Assembly (NCBI GenBank): GCA_040954595.2
Contig: CM082576.2
Location: forward strand, 6,079,129-6,143,128
Direction of reading: 5' to 3'
Length of the DNA stretch: 64,000 nt
Origin: Balanoglossus misakiensis
Taxonomy: Eukaryota > Animalia > Hemichordata
The notes under the pieces are model-generated. The model ran no database searches. It was not told the DNA's origin and was given only the letters and a program-made list of their open reading frames with translations. The translations under genes and the position numbers were made by a program. Shown piece after piece: positions 18,524-44,819 of the stretch. Positions within the stretch are counted from its first letter, which is position 1. The number at the start of each line of letters is the position of its first letter.

Positions 18524-20140
18524 ATGTTGAAGAAACTCACAGATCTCTGCTTAAAGTGCATCGAGCATTATCTGCATGTGATTGAGAATTTACAAGATAA
18601 TTTACCTACAAAGTTTAAAGAAGTTATCATCGAGAGGCTGGCTTCCCATGATAAGTTTTCACCAGAACGTTTACCCCACATAGTGAGACAGTTGTTTTCG
18701 TCCGCTCTGAAGAAGATCAAATTTGACGAGTGCTCTCAAATTGACGATGACGTCTTGCAGAGATTGTCCGATAGTGGATGTCAGTTACAATCGTTGACAA
18801 TAGATGGATGTGGGAAAGTAACCGACCACGGCTTACAGTGTCTGCTGCAGAACCAAGTTGAGCTGATCACGTTAGAGTTGATCTTCCTGCCGAGAGTCAC
18901 TGGGGCTTGTTTGGCAGCCGTGCACTCGCCGGTTCTCCAGCACATCATCTTCCAGGAGCAGCATGGAGAGTTACCCGGAGTCGACAATGACGCTTTTTGC
19001 ACCTTCATCGACAACAACCGGTCGTTGTTTTTCGTCTGCATCCACAAAGCAGCATCGTCTAAACCACTCACACAGAACCACATCTCAAGGATCATTGGCA
19101 GCCTGGGACAGAGGCTGTGCCATCTCTATCTGACCGGTAACACTTCGGTGTCGGATTTCAACCTGCAGGAACTGGCCCAGAAGTGCCACAACTTGAGAAC
19201 GTTGAAAATCAGGAAAATGGATGAAATCACGTGGCAGACCGTCACAGAGGCTGGCCTTCAGATCTTGTTCAAGGGCTGCCCTTACGTCTCCGATCTGAAT
19301 TTATGTTACTATCATGAGCTTTTCAGTCAGAATCATGGCACGTGTGCTCTGCCGTACTTGCCTAAAACTTTGCTCTCGTTAACTCTAGATGGAAGTTTGA
19401 TTGGCGTGAATGAAGACACTCTCTGTGACGCCATCTGTCAGCTTCCCAATTTACGCAAATTGGAAACAAATATCGATGGCATTTCAGCCGAAGTCCTCGA
19501 CAGGATTTTGGCCAACATGGGTCACCAACTGCTGGACCTCAGAATGACCTACGCTTCTTCACATTGCAGGGTAATGCACTCTGTCGTTTTGTCTGTGGTC
19601 ACGTACTGTATCAACTTAAAGAGTTGGATATTGTACACCTGTGACCATATGACCGGCAGAGAGCTGTACCCGCTCTTACAAGACGAAGGTAGAGCGAGCA
19701 AGTTGAGGGTCTTGAAATTTTGGCCCGTTGGAAATATCCTGTATGACGTGCTGCTGACAGTGGTGAACACCTGCCCGAATCTAGAAACGTTCACTGTTTG
19801 CAATGGTGACGTCGATGACGACATAATTCTGGCACTTTCTCAGAACTGTGCAGAGCTGAGAAATTTTGACTTGAATGGCGAGTGCGCTGGTGTGACTGAA
19901 GACGCGTTGTGCAGATTGGCTGTTCGGTGTCCACTGACTCGCGTGCGCTTCCCCAGAATGCCTCACATCACTGACAAGACAGTGAAGAGTATGGCCGACC
20001 ACTGTCCGTACCTCGAGTTTGTGAGGTTCGCTGGCCGGGCTAGGATAAGTCCTGACACGATCGCCACGCTCAGAGATAATTGCATCAAGAGAGTGTATGT
20101 CGCGTATCATCCGAGACTGGAAGAGTGGGGAGCAACATAG
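18524..20140 (+). CDS. Cysteine-containing LRR protein with N-terminal BC-box/Cul2-box-like motif (AMN1/FBXL-like), 538 aa
   Basis: Uninterrupted ORF preceded by a tttag acceptor at 18500. N-terminus LKKLTDLCLKCIEHYL...LPTKFKEVIIERL. Many LRR_CC-type repeats, e.g. CSQIDDDVLQRL, GCGKVTDHGLQCL, CHNLRTLKI, CPNLETFTV, ITDKTVKSMADHCPYLEFV. Confidence 0.85.
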   Translation: MLKKLTDLCLKCIEHYLHVIENLQDNLPTKFKEVIIERLASHDKFSPERLPHIVRQLFSSALKKIKFDECSQIDDDVLQRLSDSGCQLQSLTIDGCGKVTDHGLQCLLQNQVELITLELIFLPRVTGACLAAVHSPVLQHIIFQEQHGELPGVDNDAFCTFIDNNRSLFFVCIHKAASSKPLTQNHISRIIGSLGQRLCHLYLTGNTSVSDFNLQELAQKCHNLRTLKIRKMDEITWQTVTEAGLQILFKGCPYVSDLNLCYYHELFSQNHGTCALPYLPKTLLSLTLDGSLIGVNEDTLCDAICQLPNLRKLETNIDGISAEVLDRILANMGHQLLDLRMTYASSHCRVMHSVVLSVVTYCINLKSWILYTCDHMTGRELYPLLQDEGRASKLRVLKFWPVGNILYDVLLTVVNTCPNLETFTVCNGDVDDDIILALSQNCAELRNFDLNGECAGVTEDALCRLAVRCPLTRVRFPRMPHITDKTVKSMADHCPYLEFVRFAGRARISPDTIATLRDNCIKRVYVAYHPRLEEWGAT

Positions 20141-22898
20141 TGTGACCTGTTCACATCCACAGTTATTATGTGATAACCTTGGACCTGTACGTGCACTTGA
20201 AGTAGACTGTACGAAATATCCTTCCAACCCTGTTTGGGTAAAAGTCATATGTTGGTTATACAGGGACTCCAATATCAAATAGAATCAAGGACATCAAATT
20301 TCTTCGTTCACAGACTGGGACCTTTGTAGATACAGATAATTTTATTACTTAAAATAATTACTAATCGATATCAAAGTTTTACTGCTTCTACTGCTACTTT
20401 TTAAATAATAAAGGTAAAAAAGTGTATGTAGCATACAACATGTGTTTTTAGGGATTGTAGTAACCCTAATAGTATATTTTCTGAAAGCCCAAATACATGT
20501 ATAGAGTAAATCTGATCATGATCATTTTTGTTATTTATTTAAATGTATGTATTCATTTTATTTATTTATTCATTCATCTATTCAGTGCATGAAAATAAAC
20601 TGCTTTTATACATGTTTTTACTAATTCAGTTTTCCACTTATCTTTGAGTATGGTTTTCAAGAATGGTATGTTCAGATGTTGCGTTTGTGCCACCTCAAAC
20701 ATCAAATCTCAGTTGGGCGCCACCTTGTGGCGAAATGACTTGTATGGCAGTAGTTTCTACATATGGAGTGGTACATGTACTTCAAAGTTGTTCTGATTAA
20801 AGTTCAAAATTGTTCTGATTATAAAAGGATAACTTCATATTTCTCATATTACTTCATGTATAAACTCAATCCTGCAGTCCTCCATATCGGCTTTCACCCA
20901 AATCATTGGCACAGAGAGACACGATTCAAGATATACACTTGTCTCTTCAGATTTCTGCAGACACCAAATGCCAAACGTGTCAAGGAACTGTATATCAAGA
21001 CACAAGAAGTCCTTAATTGCAAATCTGGGATTTACGATGGCAAATTCTGCATTTAGGGCTTGGATGTAGACTTTGTTTAAGCCTGTGATTTGTCGTGTTT
21101 TTTTCATGCATTTTTTATCATGCCAGTGGGGCAAACAGGATGTAGGGGAATTAATCGTATTATAAATCCAGGAGGAACTGGTTGATGGATCACAGCCCAG
21201 ACTCCTACTCTGCTGGTGCATTCACCTCTCGCTCAGTTCAAATAATTTTGCGTGAAACAATTGAAGCACGGAAGGCCACCTTGAACAACTCTTTCATTCA
21301 CTCTAATCAAGTTCAAAGTATGAATGTTACAATGAAGATTTCTATGAGATTTGTTGGCAAAGCTTTCTGCAGACACCAAATTCCTGATATGTACCAAAAT
21401 ACATTCCGGACTGACCATATACAGTCAAGTGCATGCTCTCCACCTCTCTCTGTGGTCTGTTGGGGGAAGACAACTTTATAGTATACACACATTGGTTGAC
21501 TACTCTCACAATCAACCAATCGGGATGACTATACCTTCTCATCAATCAGAGTTTCCACACAGTACTAAACAAACAAATGTGGTCTGAGCATTTTCATGAC
21601 GATTGGTGGGTTCGTGTTTTAATAGCTCTTCACAATTTTTCAAAATCTGTACATTTCAACAAGAGGAAAAAAACATTAATGTAAATAAGAATACTAATAT
21701 GCATATTAACATTATATTAAGCCACTTATCCTGAAAAAATACTAAATGTTAAAAATAAATCCGCAAACTATTCTTACTTGATTATTGCTTTAATTTCTCA
21801 ATAAAAAAAGAAAAAGAATATTTACGTGTAATATGTTACTCATTGATAATTTTTTATAGCAAATTATATGAGTTGCTACAGACTTTTTATGACTGGATTT
21901 TCAGAATTTTCTCTAGAATTTGAGAAAATACATCTCCAATGAAAAATAAAGACTACTGTTTAAGTTTTGTTTCCGTGAATGTGGTTTATGACCCAATATG
22001 TTTCAAACCCATCTGACACTTGCCCTTATTGTAGGTTAAAGTGGTGGTGGGGAGATGTCTGGGTGGTAAATTTCCAGGGGGGTACACACCTGGACATTTT
22101 GTTAGTTGAAATGGACTTGTAGTTTGTGGCAAATGAATCAGGGTGAGGTAGGCACAGTAGAGGTTGAGCTAACAAAAATCCTATACGCTTTTCCTGGATT
22201 GTGATTTCGAGGACTTCTCTCTATCGCGCTCACCTCATTCACATAAAGGATCGCAAATACATAAGAAAATCCCTGACTTGAATCAAGTCGGACATCTGGC
22301 AAACTTCAACATGAAACTGCAGTGTGACTGGTGCACTGATGAATCTTACTACATGTATATCTCTCGTATATAGATAAACACCATTGATAAACATGAAAAG
22401 CAATGTTTGTTCACTGGCCTTGGTTCCCTAAGGTTCAGACTCATCTTCATAATGTGATGGAAAAAAAATTATGACTGACCAGATTTTAGTTTAGTTAACA
22501 CCACAGTCACTCCACCTGTTAACAGTATCTGCGAGGTAATTAACATAACTATGCCAAGACCTGCATTCATTAGTGCAAACCAGGAGTCTTGGGAAGGTAT
22601 GAGGTGTACACAAAGTAAAAACGCGTGACCAACTCAGATGTTACTAAATGAGGTTCTTGGATTTATATCTGTATAGCTGGACAATGGTGGTTAGCATGTA
22701 GAGAAAAACCTGAAGTATGACACCTGGGATTATTTCAGCAGACAAGTCCCGGTCCAGGCTAACCAAACCCACAGAGGGCTGAGCTGGGCAGTGAATAAAT
22801 CAGGTTATATTTCCATGGAAGCATCGGAGACATTGAGTTTTAGTCGTCCTATTAGTGTGCCACAGGAAGATACATGGTGACAAAAATAATAATTACAA

Positions 22899-25344
22899 AT
22901 TAAAGCTGCAAGCAGCATTGGGGGGGCACAAGCGGTTCCCATGGTGACCAGCAAATGCCATGGCTGTATCTGCTGGGGATACCAAGATATGGGAAAGTAG
23001 GTCAAATGTCACCTGAGGTCACCCCAAATTTGGGCAAAAAATTGGACCCCAAACTAGTCTAGATCCAACAAAAAACCAGACCCAAAGCCCTATTGGTTCG
23101 CCTGCAATTAGGTATGCACATAATTAATGAGGTCTTGTGTAAGACTCCATTCTGTGCTCAATACCCATAAAAGCCAGGGCTCTAACTGCTCTGGATGCTG
23201 AGATATGGGAAAGTAGATCAAAGGTCATCCAAGGTCACCCAAAATTTGGGCATAAAATTTTGACCCCAGAGTGGGCCATGTCCAACTAAAACCAGACCTC
23301 TAGCCCTATTGGTTAGCCTAGAATTAGATATGCAGAAAAATGATGTTTCAGAAATAGGTCAAGGGTCATTGCCAAAATTACCAAAATATTTGTGTCATGT
23401 CCTGGCAGCATTGGTACCCATGTCCACAAAATTCATGACTGTGGTGCTTTGACAAGAGGAGGTATGGGGAATATGCATATATAATTAGTTGTTTTAAAAC
23501 TGGGTCAAAGGTCATGTGAAAATTGCCCTGAAAAATTGTGACAACTTCCGGTCATATGATGACTCATATCCAAAAAAAGAATTTCCATGCTGTCAACATT
23601 TTGGCTACAAAACGGAATTATCACTTTTCAATGGTTTTCCGAAAATCCAACATGGCTGCCATAATGATTGACCAATCACAGTGCGCTTCGCAAACTTGAT
23701 AGACATAGGTAAGGTGACCACATATCCCAAATCCCGAGACTCGGTAACCGCTGGTTCTGGAGAAGAAGATTTTTAAAGTTTTAAGTAGTTTTTCAGAAAA
23801 ACAATTGTAGCAAAAAAACTTTATGTATGACGTCATGATTTCAATGGGGTAAAATGATGGACAGAAGGTAGGCTACCTGCACACCAAATTTGAACTCGAT
23901 CAGCCCAGTGGTTTTTGAGAAGGACTCATTTAACGATTTTCAGGAAATCCAATATGGCCGCCAGGTCACGTGACTAATTAAATATTCACGGGCCACTGCA
24001 CGTCTACTCATTGGCCCCTACCACCCTACCAAGTTTCGGCCCCCTAGGTGCTGCCGTTTTCCAGATTTACAATGACATATTTCTCGGAAGAAGAATAATA
24101 ATAATAATTAAAGCTGCAAGCAGCATTGTCCGGGCCCAAGCTCTATTATCTGATCTGATGCTAATATAGTGTTAAGTAGGTCAAAGGTCACCCGAGGTCA
24201 CCCAACATTTGGGCAAAATATTTTGACCTCATACTGGTCCATGTATAACAAAAACAAAACCTCTATGTCTATTGGTTCATCATTAATTAGGTATGCGCAT
24301 ATTTAATGAGGTCACCAGAGGTCAAAGGGGTCATGAAAAGTAGCAAAATTTTTTGATCACATACAAATCCACATACATAAAAAAACAAACTTATAGCCCC
24401 ATTGGTTAGCCAGGAATTAGATATGCAGAAAAATGATTCGTCAAAAGTAGGTCAAAGGTCATTGCCAAAATTACCAAAATATTTATAGCTTATTCTTGTC
24501 ATATGATGATTCATATCCATAAAAAGAATTTCTGTGCTATCAATGTTTAGGCTAGAAAAGGAATTTTTACTTTTTAATCGTTTTTCACAAAATCCAATAT
24601 GGCCGCCATAATCTTCGACCAATCACATTCCCCTTCGCAAACTTGATAGACATCTGTTTAATGACCACACACACCAAATCTTGTGACTCAGTCATCGCCC
24701 GTTCTGGAGAAGAAGATTTTTGAAGTTTTACTATGGTTTTTCGAAAATCCAATATGGCCGCCATAATCTTCGACCAATCACAATGATCTTCGCAAACTTG
24801 ATAGACATCAGTTAGGTGACCACATACCCCAAACGGCGTGACTCGGTTATCGCCGGTTCTGGAGAAGAAGATTTTTGAAATTTTAACCAGATTTCAGAAA
24901 AACAACTGTAGCAAAAAAACTGCAACATTGACAGCAAAATATCCAATTACAAAAATGATGGGCAGAGGGTATACTACCAGCACACCAAATCTGAAGTCGA
25001 TCTGACTTGTAGTTTCTGAGATCTGAGATTTGCATTTTTTCAGAAAATCCAATATGGCCGCCATGTCACGTGACTAATTAAGTATTCACAAGTCACTGCA
25101 CATCTACTCATTGACCTTGACCACTGTAGCAAGTTTGAGAACTGTACCTGCAGCGGTGTCTGAGATCTAGCGCGCGAAAGAAATGAACCAAGAATAAAGA
25201 AAGAAAGAAAGAAAGAAAGAAAGAAAAACCCCAACGAAACCAATACGGGCCCAAGCCTGGCTTGGCTTGGGCCCGTAATAATAAGAAAAATTCCAACAAT
25301 AACAATGGGGGCACAAGCCGCCTGAGGGCGCTTGTGCCCCCAAT
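22899..25344 (-). mobile_element. Non-autonomous Helentron-associated element (HINE/DINE-1-like), outer copy
   Basis: Left end: short hairpin gctgc-aa-gcagc plus subterminal motif gggggcacaagc (22901-22933). Right end: stem-loop gggggcacaagc-cgcctgagggc-gcttgtgccccc (25307-25341). Internal degenerate tandem repeats (ggtcaaaggtca, ccaatatggccgcc, ggagaagaagattttt) and an (AAT)n tract near the stem-loop end. No transposase ORF. Confidence 0.75.
24108..25279 (-). mobile_element. Second HINE-like element of the same family nested in the (AAT)n tract of the outer copy
   Basis: Starts with the same taaagctgcaagcagcattg end but a different subterminal motif, cgggcccaagc (24131-24141). This is matched by its own terminal hairpin cgggcccaagc-ctggcttg-gcttgggcccg (25246-25275). 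Internal repeat of ~156 bp period (ccaatatggccgccataatcttcgaccaatcaca at ~24594 and ~24749); (AAAG)n at ~25195-25224. Confidence 0.75.
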
Positions 25345-25961
25345 AATTGAAATGATTGGAGCTTATTGCTTATGTTCATAAATTATCTTACACACCAAAC
25401 CTTTTATACAAGTTGCGATGTACAGGTATCAACGCTTTCAGCTTAAAATAGTACTATTAAAGATTCAGGTATCTCTCTAATGAAGAGACTTCTTTTCCAT
25501 GTAAAGGTTTGATTTATTCCAATTGATAAGAAGTCTATTTCATAGACACGCTTTCCATTCGCATAAATTACAGGTGTGAAAGCTATTAAAAATGTTTTGG
25601 TGTTTGCCAATAAAATTGAGGTTAAAATGTAGTTTCGCTTATTCCCGCTTTTCCTGAAGGTCTCCGTTTGAGTGATTGCATAATTATGGTATTTCAGTTC
25701 CCACTTGATCAGATGATAAAACTGTCTGAAGTACAGAGTTGTGTTTCAAAACATATATATGGTAGTGTATACGGATGAAACTATGGCACAAACTCTGGTG
25801 TCTTCCTGAACTAAAAATAAAGTAAAATAAGTAATAAAAAAATTATACAATACACAGAGAGAAAAAATATTTTGATTGGCTTGAACTCAGAAAACTGCTT
25901 GAAATGAGAAAAAAATTTGTTTTCACAAGTTCAGCTGGATTCATTTGGTGACCGACTAGAT

Positions 25962-41787
<15,826 letters not shown>

Positions 41788-41879
41788 GGTGTCTGGCAAA
41801 GTGCATCAGCATTGGCAAACTGCTAGTACTTTAAAAACGGAAGAACGTCGAAAATTAGTAAATCCATCGCGGCTGGGTA

Positions 41880-41995
41880 ACCAATCCGGAAGCTGGACAC
41901 ACCACCGGAAGCCGGGGGGTTTGCATTGTGGGTAATCAAACTTTAACAAGTTTGTTGTTACTTTGTTTGCTATGCGCTGACGTGTCACGTGCGTG
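41880..41995. promoter_or_regulatory. GALNT2 proximal promoter motifs
   Basis: 100-200 bp upstream of the ATG: two ETS-type ccggaag (~41886, ~41905), a CCAAT (~41881) and a composite TGACGTGTCACGTG (41978-41991). Confidence 0.4.
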
Positions 41996-44819
41996 GTTAT
42001 CTCGTAAACTCGAGAAAGATTGATAAAATCGCTACTTATGTTTGGGTTTTTGTTTTATTAAAGGCCAGATAAGACTGTAGAGTTGCACCATGCTTATCAG
42101 AAAAGTAGCAGAAAAAAAGATATTTTTTGCATTTGTGGTGAATTATGCCTTTTCACATGGGATAAGATCATCCTAATATAACATTACATGAATGAGTAAA
42201 CCCTAGGGAATAATTGGCATATTTATGCATTACTTTTCTCTGAGAACAAGCATTTTGTATGCAGATGATCTGCACGGTACATGCTGAAGACATTTAATAT
42301 TGGGTCAAATTATGACATATAAACAAACAGTTTCTGATTTTTTTTAAGCTGAGGAAATAACACCTTTCTCATCAAAGGCTGAAACTGAGCAAAATGATAT
42401 CACACATCTGTAATTGGTTTGTAAAGTTGTTTCAAAAGTTCTGGCTTTTGCTGCACGTGTAATACTTGAGTCCCAGACAGAATAAAGTGTAATGTGGTGA
42501 AACAGACCTTTTAGATTATTCAGACAGCCTCTAGCTTTTACCAGGAAATGATCTGTGATTAAGCTGATACAAAAAAGCCCACTGGGTGTAGGTGTTTCAT
42601 CCATCATAGAATAAATCTTCTATAAACAGCACAGTCCCAGGCAAGAATCTGATGTCACTCCCAGTACCATGTGTTCTGTATGATATATATTCCTGATTGT
42701 ATATTAACCCACCAAGCAACCAAATGCACTGAAGTCAATGGGTAAATACAATCTGGGACTACTATACCTTACGTTTCATGGAGTGAAAGCTGTTCGAATA
42801 TGTGAAGATCCAGTTTCTTTGACTGTTGGGCAGACTGCATGGTTCAAACTCAGCTGCTCTGCGTTATGCAAGGTTGTGTCTATATACCATGTATATAATG
42901 GCCAGACTGAACTGTTCTGTGGAATTGCATGCCACTTGCTTACTATTTTGGACTTTAAAGTTTTCCTCTCTTCTCAAGATTGAAAAACTGCACTTCATTA
43001 TCCTAACACAGCTTTAAGTGAGGGCACTGTTTGAGCATAAATGTATCCTGAATCATCTTTCTTCCTGGAAAATTGTTGAAGACTTTTTTATTTTCAAGAT
43101 GCATACGATCATAAATAAGAAGAGGCAGAAACAATGATCACAATGGGCTCTCTCTCTTTATTGAACGCCATGAATAATTTTTGTCATACAAAATGCAGTA
43201 ACATAAAATACCACTGATTGACATGACGTAAGTATTACACAAGCTAAAAACTGTACTTTTGTTAAAAAGAAAATAAGAAAAGCAGGCATGATAAAACGAT
43301 AAAAAGGAAAATTGAAGAATTCACAGCACTGTTTTACAGGGATAGAAATAAATAAAAGCTGGACAAAAGTGACTTCTTGAGGGCTACATTATGGCTTGCA
43401 TTCCAAAAGAAAACATTATTTTTTTTAAATATATACAAAATTAGCATGGTGAAATTTTGATTAATATCAAGACAACTTCATACAGGAAAAGCAGAGGTAA
43501 ATTGGAAAAGTATGATTGCACATAAGTTTTGCATACTGTGTATGCTAGTGTGGTCCAATTCGCAAAAAAATGATTTCGGGGGCAATTCAATTGAGGTAAA
43601 AACCTGAATTCAACTGTCATTGTTTTCAAATACAGATATACACAAAGGCATTGTTCACCTTTCTTTCTGTTTTAACAATGACATATTTCTTACAATCTGT
43701 TCAATTTTATGAGTCTTCAGTTGCTATCTACTCTGTTTTATTGGGCTCCAGATTCGAGCATTACTGTCAGACCCAGATTTCAATTTATGGTGGATTTCTG
43801 GTATTTCTAGAAGCGGACATGAACACTCTCCTTTCATATTCATAGAAAAATTGATAAATAATTTTATGTACAAGACTTCGATGAGAGCATGTTATTACAC
43901 AATATTCTTCGCATTGCTTTAGGTTTGTCTGTCTGGTTATTTTGTATCAGTTTCACAAAAAGGATCTTCATCCCCGGTGATTTTTCACTGTCACAGTATA
44001 GCGGCTATGTTAGTACTACCTCTGAATTGAGCAAACCACCTTTTTTGAAGCACCACAACATACAATAAAAGTCTACCATTCAAACATACACAAAAAGTAC
44101 ATGTAGTAGATCAAGACCACCACACAATTACAAAAATTAAGTTCAGATAATTATAGTACAAATGCTCTTTGCGTTCCCTGCATTCACCTCTCTGACATAA
44201 ATACAACTGCACACAGTGAGGAGTTGAATAATTCTTATGCTGAGGCCCTTTTGGGTTTATAAGGGCCGTGGCATGATCTAAATTTGAAAACAGAAGAAAG
44301 AAAGAACAGTGATTTTTGAAAACAGCTAAAGGTGGTTGCTCCTAACACATTCAAACAATGGTGCATGTTAACAAAATATCTTACACGAAAAAAAGTGTTC
44401 CTATGGCTGTCCCATTCGGTAGACATTGGGTTGGAACAAAAAGGCTAAAAGCCATTATCATCTGGCAGCGTTCTTGTTAGCATATTGTACTCTTGAATTA
44501 TGATCAACTTGACTTTTTTATCATCATACACTGTAATGTACACACAAAATAGTATTTGTGCGTGTCATGACAACACCTCCAAATGTCAGTCAAGTGTCTC
44601 TGTGCCGCAGCAGTAACAAATCCTCCCCTTTTACCTGCAAAACTTTGCAGACAATATCGAGATTTCTTTTGCTATAATTCACAGCATGTAAGTATAGCAT
44701 TTTTCAGCAGAATCGCGCTGACACTTCCCAGTCCATCCAGGCAGTTTTTCTGTTCAGGCATTTTTTCCAGTTCATTCCGATTCAACATCAGTTCATTCCG
44801 GTCCAGTCCAACCCGGATT

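Noticed and set aside
22990-25100. Regularly recurring motifs suggestive of a CRISPR-like or satellite array
   Set aside because: The sequences between the motifs are homologous to each other rather than unique spacers, no cas genes are present, and the context is eukaryotic. They are explained as internal repeats of the HINE-like elements.
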